Made by a program: the position numbers and the translations under genes. The notes under the pieces were generated by a model, which did not search any database, had not been told where the DNA came from, and was given only the letters and a program-made list of their open reading frames with translations. A stretch of DNA of 64,000 bases from Candidatus Latescibacterota bacterium (GTDB lineage Bacteria > Latescibacterota > UBA2968 > GCA-2709665), in contig OZ241917.1 in the NCBI GenBank assembly GCA_965203805.1, positions 1,824,001 through 1,888,000 on the forward strand, in the 5' to 3' direction. Position 1 is the first letter of the stretch, and the number at the start of each line of letters is the position of its first letter. This document shows positions 47,255 to 55,850 of the stretch, piece by piece.

Positions 47255-49804
47255 TCAATCGCCATCCGATCCGCCCGGAGCGCTCGGGGAAGTACGCCGC
47301 ACGAACCGTGGACCGATCAATACCGCCACGGCGGCCAGCAATAACATCACGTCGACAATCAGCAGGGAGAATCTCAGCGGCGACAGCCTGGGCTCCAGTA
47401 CGATCCGGCTCTCACCAGGACCGAGTTTCAGCGCCACAAAGTGACCGGCTGTCGTATACGCCCGCGCGTCGCGTCCGTTCACGGTAACCCGCTGGTAGGG
47501 ATAGGCCGTGTATGCCAGCCGCGCAAAACAGGCCGCGCTGGAATGTACGACCAGTTCGACCCGCTGGTTCCATACCCGATGGGCGAGAACCTCCACCCGA
47601 GGCGATGTACCCAGGTCTTCCGCCGCGTTTGCGTCGGCGAGAAGAATCTGCCTGCACGTTCGGTTCCGGATATCGACGTCCATCGCCTGCAGCAGCTTCA
47701 CGAAATCGCCGAGTGCACGGGTCTGCATCCTGCGCGCTTCACGCTCATCGACGTCCGAGCCGGACCGGGCACGCGCCATGTCCAGCTCCCGGACGGGATA
47801 GGACCATCCCGAAATCTTCGACGACACAACAACAGGACTGGCTTCAGGGAATTCCCTGTGGAAAATCCGGTCCTGCTCCGAATCGGAGTACAGCAGGTGG
47901 CGGGTGTTCATGAGGAAAAGTCCGACGCGGATCATGTCGACCCCCGGCATTTCATTCAGGTCTGCATTCTCTTCCAGGCGCTGCAGTGAAAGGTGAAGCA
48001 CATCCTGGAAACGCCGGACAAAGGCAGGTACCGACAGCGGGTACTGCGTGAATGTATCCAAAGGTGTCGCGAGGCCGGTCTGAAGTGCCAGCCAGGGTAT
48101 GATGAAGTGGTAATAGATCTTATTCGTCGTATGGAACAGCCGGTGACCGGGAAGCTGCCCGTCTCCATAGGCTGCAAGCTCTTCCCGGAACTGTTTGTAA
48201 ACGGGACGATGCTGCAAGGGCAGCGGCTTCACAAGCGGCCAGGCATTCGGGTCCCGTCGCAGGTCCTGCAAGGCACGCGGACCGATATTCGACGCCGCAC
48301 CAGGGTCCCGGTACGGCTGTTGAAAGGTGGTTGGCCCCAGGTCCGCCAGGATCACCACGAGAATCGCCACGAAGACCCCGACGGGGCGTTTCCGTCCTGA
48401 AGCGCGCACGGAGGTAAACAACCCAACGAGCACGGCGACGAAGAACACCACGAACAGCAGGTACCGGGAGGCGTTCATCGCCTGCACCACCCCCAGGGAC
48501 TTGAGTACGGGCCATCGGTACCCGAAAACCAGCAACAGCGAACCGGCCAGGCAAAGGCCAACCGGAAGTCCGGCAGCGCGCACTCCCAAGCGTTCGCTCC
48601 GGATAATCCGTACCAGCGCCCACAACGCAATCGCGACCAGGCTTATCCCGAGATACCCGCCGTACCAGTGTTCCTGGGCCTGAAACAGCCGGAACCGGTA
48701 ATTGGACCAGAACAACAGATGCCGCCAGGAGGGCGCCGGGAATTCGGACATGTAAAACCCGGCATGAAGTCCCGTCAATCCCCGTTCCAGGTACATTGGT
48801 ACCGTCAAATAAGCCCCCAGCAACACGCCTCCCCCGAAAAGCAGCAGACCGTGTCGAATCGAGAACGGCGTGTCTTCGCGACGGGTCATTCGGCACCTGG
48901 CAAATGCATACACCCCAAGAAACGCCGTCGCCCAGAAGCCGTAACCCGGATGGGTAACATGCAGACAGCCCAGTGCAAGGCCGCCGCCGACGCCCTGGGC
49001 CAGCCGGTTTGGATGATTTCGCAGTCCCTCCCAGAAGTAGAACGGCAATGGCAGCAGGGCATAGAACAGCGAGAGCGGCAACCTGCCCATAATGAGGACC
49101 TGCTGCGTATGCCAGAAACTCAACACGTACGCAAGCCCCGCCGCGAAACCGGCCGGGCGCGACCCGGTCAGCCGCTGGACGAAGAGGTACGCTGCGAGCC
49201 CGGACAGGGCGTGGGCGGCCCCGAGCACGAACTTGATCGACGAAAACGGCGCCTGGAAAACCAGATTCACCAGCCCGACCAGGTAGTAAAACAGGAAACC
49301 GTAAAACTGCAGGTAGGGCGTGCCGTTACAGAAGTAGTGGGTCCAGATGGGGACCTCACCCTGCGCCATTGACGTTGCCGCCAGCCAGGCGTAGGTCACA
49401 TGCAGATAGGTGTCGGCGCCATGGGCGAATTCCCCATCGGCAAAATAAAAGCGAACCAGAATCAGACTCCCCGCAACGAGGAGCAGGACCGTTCGCTTTT
49501 CGCTTACGAAAACATGGTCGAAAAAAACCGAGAGCCGCCGCTTGCGCAGCTCCAGGAAAACCAGCAGCGATCCCACCGTAACGATAAGAAACAGCAGCGA
49601 GACATCTATCGCGTTGAACTTCACGAACCGCGAAACGACAGCGAGAAAACCCTGAAGACTCTGATACCTCAGGCCCGGTCGTAGAACACCGAATTTATCC
49701 AGTGTCACGTACTGGAAGATAATCAGCAGCCCTGCCAGCAACGCCAGCAGGGCCGACACGTCCACGGGCCATCCGGTGTTTTTGCGTCCCTCAGGCCGTT
49801 TCAA
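47255..49804 (-). CDS. YfhO-like / PTPS-related membrane glycosyltransferase-like protein
   Basis: D...H, P.W..Y..NG.P.LQFY, Y.G and C-terminal Y.AYP...VTVNG......F..L.L.PG...I.L plus a final TM helix. Confidence 0.7.
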   Translation of the reverse strand: MKRPEGRKNTGWPVDVSALLALLAGLLIIFQYVTLDKFGVLRPGLRYQSLQGFLAVVSRFVKFNAIDVSLLFLIVTVGSLLVFLELRKRRLSVFFDHVFVSEKRTVLLLVAGSLILVRFYFADGEFAHGADTYLHVTYAWLAATSMAQGEVPIWTHYFCNGTPYLQFYGFLFYYLVGLVNLVFQAPFSSIKFVLGAAHALSGLAAYLFVQRLTGSRPAGFAAGLAYVLSFWHTQQVLIMGRLPLSLFYALLPLPFYFWEGLRNHPNRLAQGVGGGLALGCLHVTHPGYGFWATAFLGVYAFARCRMTRREDTPFSIRHGLLLFGGGVLLGAYLTVPMYLERGLTGLHAGFYMSEFPAPSWRHLLFWSNYRFRLFQAQEHWYGGYLGISLVAIALWALVRIIRSERLGVRAAGLPVGLCLAGSLLLVFGYRWPVLKSLGVVQAMNASRYLLFVVFFVAVLVGLFTSVRASGRKRPVGVFVAILVVILADLGPTTFQQPYRDPGAASNIGPRALQDLRRDPNAWPLVKPLPLQHRPVYKQFREELAAYGDGQLPGHRLFHTTNKIYYHFIIPWLALQTGLATPLDTFTQYPLSVPAFVRRFQDVLHLSLQRLEENADLNEMPGVDMIRVGLFLMNTRHLLYSDSEQDRIFHREFPEASPVVVSSKISGWSYPVRELDMARARSGSDVDEREARRMQTRALGDFVKLLQAMDVDIRNRTCRQILLADANAAEDLGTSPRVEVLAHRVWNQRVELVVHSSAACFARLAYTAYPYQRVTVNGRDARAYTTAGHFVALKLGPGESRIVLEPRLSPLRFSLLIVDVMLLLAAVAVLIGPRFVRRTSPSAPGGSDGD

Positions 49805-49876
49805 TTCGTACTCCGAGTTTATCCGCCGAGTCGAGTGGCGAACGTAACCGGTGTTCGCCGCCTCACGACCTGGACT

Positions 49877-50515
49877 CTATTCGAAAGATATCCCAACTCG
49901 AGCAGGGAAGAGTTGCGTGCTTCCCCGCTCTCCTGTTGTAAAACCGACCTCAAACCGCCCTTCGACAAAGAGGTGTACCCGGTCCGTAAGCCGAATGTCG
50001 ATGCCGGCGCCGGCGTTTATCGCAAACCCGGTCCCGGATTGCCCGTCGACATGAATCTCAACGCCGCCAATTTCGGTACCCTGTATATCAGCTTCCGAAT
50101 ACGACAGCAACCCCAATCCGGCAACCGCATAGGGCACCGCCCTGACATCCAGGTCGTCCGAATCAATCGTCTTGGTGTATTTCATACTGGCGAAGGCACT
50201 GAAGAGGTGTTTCTGCCCGCCGCTGGTGCCAATCAAGACCTCGAGCGCTTCGTTCTCCGCCTTGAATTTTCCCTCATCCAAAGAGAAACGAGCGTATCCC
50301 AGACGGCCCTGGACGGCCAGGCTGGGGTGAACGAAATACTCCGCTCCCACACCCACGCCGATGCCGGGATACCAAAATTCCGAGACGGAAATCGATGCGG
50401 GAGCGGCGATTCCCGCCGTAACGAAATAGACCGGCTTCTGCTGCGCTTCCGCGTCGCCCGCCATCCCGCCGGACAACAATTGTACTGCGACAAAAACAGG
50501 CAACACTCTCATCAT
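49877..50515 (-). CDS. Small outer-membrane beta-barrel (OmpA/OmpW-like) protein
   Basis: Signal peptide ending AEA-Q, PYAVAGLG, N.GAG and C-terminal RVGISF. Confidence 0.82.
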   Translation of the reverse strand: MMRVLPVFVAVQLLSGGMAGDAEAQQKPVYFVTAGIAAPASISVSEFWYPGIGVGVGAEYFVHPSLAVQGRLGYARFSLDEGKFKAENEALEVLIGTSGGQKHLFSAFASMKYTKTIDSDDLDVRAVPYAVAGLGLLSYSEADIQGTEIGGVEIHVDGQSGTGFAINAGAGIDIRLTDRVHLFVEGRFEVGFTTGERGSTQLFPARVGISFE

Positions 50516-50553
50516 AGAAGTCCTCCTTGTTTCGGTAGTTGTCCGCCTGCCGC

Positions 50554-51888
50554 CTAACCGCTTTCCTGCAGCCTCCGCCATCCCTGGAGGACGGACGGGA
50601 TCATCTGAACGGGCTGCCCGGCCTTGCAAAAGACCGCCCACAGCACGTCCCACACCTGCGGTTGCCACTGGCACAGATCGATCCAGTCCGCACACGGCGT
50701 GCTGTCCCCTTCCTTCCGGTCCACGCGTCCGCCGATGACCGGATCATCCAGCGACCCGTTCCACATCTGATCCAGCAGGGTATGCGCGAACCGCCTCATA
50801 TCGGCGTTGTTGAATACCACGCCGCGCCGGCAGGCATCGACGGCAAACCCGATATCGATCCGCCCGTGGCTGGTATCTTCAATGGCGCTGTGCCCGTGGG
50901 CGCCGGCCTCGTTCCAGTCCCAATAATACCAGGTATACGCCCTGCCCGTTTTCCAAAGATGCCGCTTGAAATTCCTCGCCATCCGCTGCGCACGATCCGC
51001 AAACAGCGGTTTCCGCGATACGCTCTGAAGCGACAGGTACGCCCGGGCCAGCGAGAGATACTGATTGTGCGGCATAATCCGGTTCGGAAACCGTTCCGTC
51101 ATCCAGGGAGAAAACCGGTACCCGCCGGACGCGGGCGATGAATCCACCCAGTCCCGTTCGTGCTTGTCGGCGATCTGCTTCCCGATAAAACGCAGGTACG
51201 CTCTCGCGCTGTCTCCGAATTCCGCCTTCAAGTCCGCATCCTTCAAGGCGTGTTCGACAAAGCGGCTCACCGGATGCAGAAACATCCCCTGGTGGACGAT
51301 ATACTCCAGCGGCTCGCCCGCGAAAACCTGGACCCAGAACCGATCTCCGGCGCGCGCCGCGCCCTGGATGCTGATCTTGAACGGCGCGAAACCGTCCAGC
51401 GTCGATCCCGGCCGGAACCGGCCGCCGGCCAACACCCGCCGCGTTCCGTATTCCTGCACGGCGTACCTTCGTCCCGGGAGAATCTCCACCACGCGAAGCG
51501 TATCCTGCGCCATGTCCCCGCCCCGGATCACCCACACCCGTTCCTCCTCGGGCGTGATGCAGGCCGTACCCCGGTTGTGCATCGACCCCGTTCTCACCAG
51601 CGCCACGGAATAGGTCGGCGTAACCCACGTCTCATAACCGTCCGCAAAGTGGTCCTGCCCTGTGGCAATCATCCTGTCGAAATGGTCCACGATCCTCTCC
51701 AGCCACCCCGCATCCCCTGTTGATTCGTAGAGCTTTACGTACGCATCCAGGAATCCGCTTTCGCCCCAGCCGAGGCTCCCGGAATCCGGGTTATCGGACT
51801 GGCCCTTGCCCTGGTTGTGCGATCGGTCATAGGCGGCGTATCGCTCGACCAGTTCGTCCCGATCAAATGGCGCTGCGCACCCGCTCAT
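50554..51888 (-). CDS. Hypothetical protein, possible (alpha/alpha)6-barrel sugar-active enzyme with a beta insert
   Basis: LYE.TGD..WL, P.NQ, W.YW and ED.SH motifs; GGAGG RBS. Confidence 0.65.
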   Translation of the reverse strand: MSGCAAPFDRDELVERYAAYDRSHNQGKGQSDNPDSGSLGWGESGFLDAYVKLYESTGDAGWLERIVDHFDRMIATGQDHFADGYETWVTPTYSVALVRTGSMHNRGTACITPEEERVWVIRGGDMAQDTLRVVEILPGRRYAVQEYGTRRVLAGGRFRPGSTLDGFAPFKISIQGAARAGDRFWVQVFAGEPLEYIVHQGMFLHPVSRFVEHALKDADLKAEFGDSARAYLRFIGKQIADKHERDWVDSSPASGGYRFSPWMTERFPNRIMPHNQYLSLARAYLSLQSVSRKPLFADRAQRMARNFKRHLWKTGRAYTWYYWDWNEAGAHGHSAIEDTSHGRIDIGFAVDACRRGVVFNNADMRRFAHTLLDQMWNGSLDDPVIGGRVDRKEGDSTPCADWIDLCQWQPQVWDVLWAVFCKAGQPVQMIPSVLQGWRRLQESG

Positions 51889-51911
51889 AACAAACCTCCA
51901 GCCTTTCGGAC

Positions 51912-51947
51912 AGAAGAAAAACCCGCCAGCCGCCTTCGGCCGCCGGG
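51912..51947 (-). terminator. Terminator/attenuator hairpin directly upstream of the 51888 RBS
   Basis: cccggcggccgaaggcggctggcggg followed by tttttcttct. Confidence 0.55.
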
Positions 51948-51972
51948 CCCGTCTATTGATAAACACAAGCAG

Positions 51973-52092
51973 GGGAAGCGGTCAGTCCGCCCACCATCCG
52001 CAGGTTCGGGAGTCCGGCTGGGAAGGCGGGCGCTGAATGCTGATCTCTGAGTGCTCACATTGAATCTGCGGAGGCGCTACACCCGTCTTCCC
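51973..52092 (-). ncRNA. Candidate structured RNA (about 120 nt, family unknown, strand tentative)
   Basis: End-to-end pairing GGGAAG(A)CGG/CCGCUUCCC, inner UCCGCAG.UUC/GAA.CUGCGGA, and an alternative partner CGCCCGCCUUCCC. Confidence 0.4.
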
Positions 52093-52142
52093 ATACAAAT
52101 ATCAGCACTTTCGAGGTCGTCTTAGCGAGCCCTGAAAGCTAT

Positions 52143-55100
52143 CTACTGAACGTAGAAACCGGTCTGTCTGTTCGAAGTCAAACCGCTGTTAAGATCGGTG
52201 ACGTCGATTTCGAGGATATACTGCCCCGGCCTGGTCGACTGCAGATCCAGCTCCATGTAAATTTCTTCCGACTCCGAGTTTCCGATCTGCTCGTAGCCCA
52301 CCGCAAGTTCCTGTTTTCTGCCGGTGAATACGCGCACCAACTGGGAGATAACCCCACTGGCCGAGCGCCCCTGGACGCCCTTGGGCCGAATGGTATACGC
52401 CACCTTGTACCGGGTCTGTCCGAATGCATCTTTTTTCAGGCGGTAAATTTCATAGTAGACAAAGACGCCCTGGTCCCGTCCGAAGGTGCGGGTGGGAATC
52501 GGAATGACTCGGAGACCGCCCTTTCTGAATTTCCCAGGTTCATCGGACTCGACAACCGAATGGGCCAATTGCAGCTCGCTCAGCTGCAGGAAGGTCCTGT
52601 CGTAGTTGTCAATCACGACTTCCTGCCGGTACCGGCCCTGCCGTCCGGACAATCTGTCCTTGACCTGCACCTCCATCCGGTAGGTGCCGGGTGGTACGCC
52701 CAGATCCACCAGATCGGGTACAAAGCCGCCGCGCGCGCCGGTCAGATCGCCGCCCCCGCTGAATTCCAGATTGCCCTGCCGGCGGTACACCGCCCCGTTG
52801 CGCGGGTTGTTCAACGCTACGGATCGCTGCAGAAACATCTCGGTTGCGTCCCGATCGGGCAGATACTTGCCTAATTTATAGGGCGCCCCGAAATAGACCT
52901 CCAGCAGCGACCCGAGGCCCCGATCATCTTCCCGGAAATTGGCCAGATCGTAATAGAATTCCAAGGGCAATTTTTCCTCAGGCGGCTTGTAGTAGTCCGG
53001 CGTTACCCGGGCCGCCTGATTGGCCACGGACCGCGGATTGAACTGGTTGAACCGCGCAAGCTGCTGCATGGGTATGCGCACGTCCATCGGCGGAGGGGCG
53101 TAATCGAACTCGCCTCGCATGTACTCGTCTGTAAATGTGATTTCGATACCGCCATTCACGTCGGTATAAACCCAGACTTCCCAGGGAACCATCGACGCGT
53201 CGTCCTGTGAAGATACGGCCTTGAATGCAAAATCGTTGGGTGACTCGCCCACCGCCAGAGCGCCTTCGTTCATCTGGACGTTTTCGAACCTGAGCAATTC
53301 CAGAGACGCATCCGAAACCTCGTTGTCCGCCGTAATGCCGGATTCAAAGGTGATCCCTGTCCGCTGGGCCTGGCTGCCCTGTACCACCCGTGAGGCTTCT
53401 GTGTTGCGCCCGGCAATACTGAGATCCTCCACCTGCCGGCCGGCGGCGAAGCCGTCGCCCAGATTCGCGCCGCCGCTGAGATTGGATTTCAGGCTGCGCA
53501 CCGCGTACACGGGCCCGCCCATGAACGTCATCTGGAGGGCAGCCTGCCCGTACATCTGCCGGGCAATGCGCTCACGGACCCGCTGTACCTTCAGGCTCTG
53601 GTTGTAATTCTTCATATCCGAGGTGGACCGGTAGTCGGGTTCCCCGAATCGAATATAGACCTCACCCCGCCGGTCCCACGGCTGCTTACCCGAAGAATAG
53701 GCCCCCAGCGCGTACCAGACCCGCCGGTAGTGTTCCAGCAGGCGTTCGTTGATCGCCGTGGTCAGGTCCGGGTCATGAGCCGTCCAGAACCGTTTGACCA
53801 GTTCGACGCGCGCCTGGCCGTCGGCCATGTCGTACGCACTGCGCTCCTCCGTAGACATCAGAAGTACAGGATCGCGGTACAGCGCCTGCTCTTCCGCCGT
53901 CGCCGCCTGCAGGTACTCCCTGAAATAACGGTCTGCCCATTCGAGCCGTCCCAGCCCCACGCACGCCTGCGCCAGCACGGCCATCACGCCCGTTTCGTCC
54001 GGATGTTGCCGGACATAGTCAGTCAGCAGGTCCACAATCCGTTCGTAGTTCCGGGACCGGAGGTACACCGCGGCCAGCCGCTGGCGGCCCTTGGGATCTT
54101 CGGGTTTGAGCGTCATGTATCGCGCGTAAAGCAGGGCCGCCCGCTCGAAATCCTCCTCATGCACCTCGTACCACTCTCCCAGAAGCAGATAGGCGGGCGC
54201 ATACGTAGGATCTATGTCGAGCACCTTCTCAATATCGTACCTCGCGTCGTGTTCCTTCAGCCTGCGCCTCAGTCTCGCGATATTGTAACGCGCTTCCAGG
54301 TAGTCGCGGTTGTATTGTAGAGCCTTCGTGTAGTACCGGATGGCGTCGTACCGGGCTTTGGGCCGCCCTTCGAACACCTGACCGAGTCCGTTGTACGCTT
54401 CCGCCAACCTGTGGTCCAGTCGAACCGCACGTTCGAAAGAACGCAGCGCGGCGTCCGGATTCTTCGACTTCAAATAGGCATAACCCAGCAGGCAATGCCC
54501 GCGTGCGGATTTCGGCGCCATCAGCGTGACCACCCTCAGAACAGGCACGGCCGCCTTCGCGTCGACGTCCAGCACTCGCGCACCCACGTCCAGCAACGAA
54601 TCCACCAGCGTCCGACCCGCCGCCCGGTCCATGACCTCGAAGCCGTCCCCGCGGGGAACCAGTTCCAGCAGCCGCCCGCGATGAAAGGGACTGATCACCA
54701 TCCCCTCTCCGTCAGCAGCCCCCGACCGGTAGAAATAACTGATCGGGCTCTTCTTTCGATCTTCGGGCGACCTGAACAACCGGTCGAGAATCCGCTCCTC
54801 CGATTCGTCCAGCCCCCCGGCCAGCGCCGAAGTCTTCAACGCCTGCAGGTTGGCGGGCCGTCTGCCGTCGTTGCGACGGCGGTATTCAATGATCATATCC
54901 CCGATCGCGGACAGGTTCTCCCTGCCGACCCATCGGGCCCCCTGGTCGCCCGCCATCCGCGACCTGCCCGCCAGCAGCTTCGCGTATGCCATGGCGGGCT
55001 TGGAATAGAGAAGGTGATCTCGAGCCAATGATTCAAACTGCTGAGCCGCATCGCGATAAAAAAGCTGCGCGTGGCGGAATTCCCACTGACGGAGCGCACC

Positions 55101-55601
55101 GTACGCCAGTTTTGCCGTCATCATCGCCTTCTCTACGCCCGCGAGCGAACGGTTGGGCCCGTTGCGCGGCCCCCCGTTCTGCGCGGAAACCCACTCGACG
55201 TCCAGGCGTTCGAGTTCAAATTCCCCCGGACGCCGCACAACCGTGCCGTTTACCATCACCTCCCAGACCTGGCTCTCCACCATCGGCACCGCCGCCTGCC
55301 CCATCCCGGAGAGACGATAGTCCCGTAGCGGACGATCCTTGTAGAACACCCGCCGGCCGTCCGCGGACCAGCCCAACTGTCCCGGCGGGCCGGGAAATGC
55401 GCCCAGTCTGCGTTCGGTTCCAGCTGCATCCGCGGACCAGATCTCGGTCAGTGCCGCCTGCCCGTTTTCGTAGGCAGTCGTCCAGATCCGGCGGTTGTCG
55501 GACTCCGCCTGGACCGGCGATGCGATTCCGGCCGTGAACCAGCATGCGGTGAAAACACGCAATGCAATTGGACTGAATTTCGTCTTTCCTGCGCCCGACA
55601 C
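52143..55601 (-). CDS. Large exported TPR + GWxTD-domain protein
   Basis: Signal peptide ending VQA-E, TPRs, FW..HDPD.TT..NERL.EHYRRV and WDRRGEVYIRFG.PD; GGAGG upstream of GTG 55601. Confidence 0.85.
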   Translation of the reverse strand: MSGAGKTKFSPIALRVFTACWFTAGIASPVQAESDNRRIWTTAYENGQAALTEIWSADAAGTERRLGAFPGPPGQLGWSADGRRVFYKDRPLRDYRLSGMGQAAVPMVESQVWEVMVNGTVVRRPGEFELERLDVEWVSAQNGGPRNGPNRSLAGVEKAMMTAKLAYGALRQWEFRHAQLFYRDAAQQFESLARDHLLYSKPAMAYAKLLAGRSRMAGDQGARWVGRENLSAIGDMIIEYRRRNDGRRPANLQALKTSALAGGLDESEERILDRLFRSPEDRKKSPISYFYRSGAADGEGMVISPFHRGRLLELVPRGDGFEVMDRAAGRTLVDSLLDVGARVLDVDAKAAVPVLRVVTLMAPKSARGHCLLGYAYLKSKNPDAALRSFERAVRLDHRLAEAYNGLGQVFEGRPKARYDAIRYYTKALQYNRDYLEARYNIARLRRRLKEHDARYDIEKVLDIDPTYAPAYLLLGEWYEVHEEDFERAALLYARYMTLKPEDPKGRQRLAAVYLRSRNYERIVDLLTDYVRQHPDETGVMAVLAQACVGLGRLEWADRYFREYLQAATAEEQALYRDPVLLMSTEERSAYDMADGQARVELVKRFWTAHDPDLTTAINERLLEHYRRVWYALGAYSSGKQPWDRRGEVYIRFGEPDYRSTSDMKNYNQSLKVQRVRERIARQMYGQAALQMTFMGGPVYAVRSLKSNLSGGANLGDGFAAGRQVEDLSIAGRNTEASRVVQGSQAQRTGITFESGITADNEVSDASLELLRFENVQMNEGALAVGESPNDFAFKAVSSQDDASMVPWEVWVYTDVNGGIEITFTDEYMRGEFDYAPPPMDVRIPMQQLARFNQFNPRSVANQAARVTPDYYKPPEEKLPLEFYYDLANFREDDRGLGSLLEVYFGAPYKLGKYLPDRDATEMFLQRSVALNNPRNGAVYRRQGNLEFSGGGDLTGARGGFVPDLVDLGVPPGTYRMEVQVKDRLSGRQGRYRQEVVIDNYDRTFLQLSELQLAHSVVESDEPGKFRKGGLRVIPIPTRTFGRDQGVFVYYEIYRLKKDAFGQTRYKVAYTIRPKGVQGRSASGVISQLVRVFTGRKQELAVGYEQIGNSESEEIYMELDLQSTRPGQYILEIDVTDLNSGLTSNRQTGFYVQ

Positions 55602-55644
55602 GAACGGCTCCTCCCTAACCTCAATTCGAAACACGATCGCCGGT

Positions 55645-55674
55645 AAATTTACCACAAAGAGCACAAAAGGCACA
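55645..55674. repeat. 30-bp direct repeat, copy 1 (9-nt internal period, CACAAA)
   Basis: aaatttaccacaaagagcacaaaaggcaca; 29/30 identical to 57937-57966. Confidence 0.85.
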
Positions 55675-55850
55675 AGAACACAATAGGGAGTCGACCCCGA
55701 AAACCGGATAATGACATGAAAAAAACACTGCAATTACTGCTGTACGGGACAGAAATCTACCTTGAATAGGTTTGTGCGGATATCACTATAGAATAAGGAA
55801 TATGGACGAAAAGTCAAAGCTGATTCTGTTCCTGATGCGGTGATTCGCCT

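Noticed and set aside
51971-52032. Cobalamin riboswitch on the plus strand (gggaa.cggt and ctgggaaggc look-alikes)
   Set aside because: It lacks the actgt and gccactg/agcca B12-box elements, and no plus-strand gene lies downstream.
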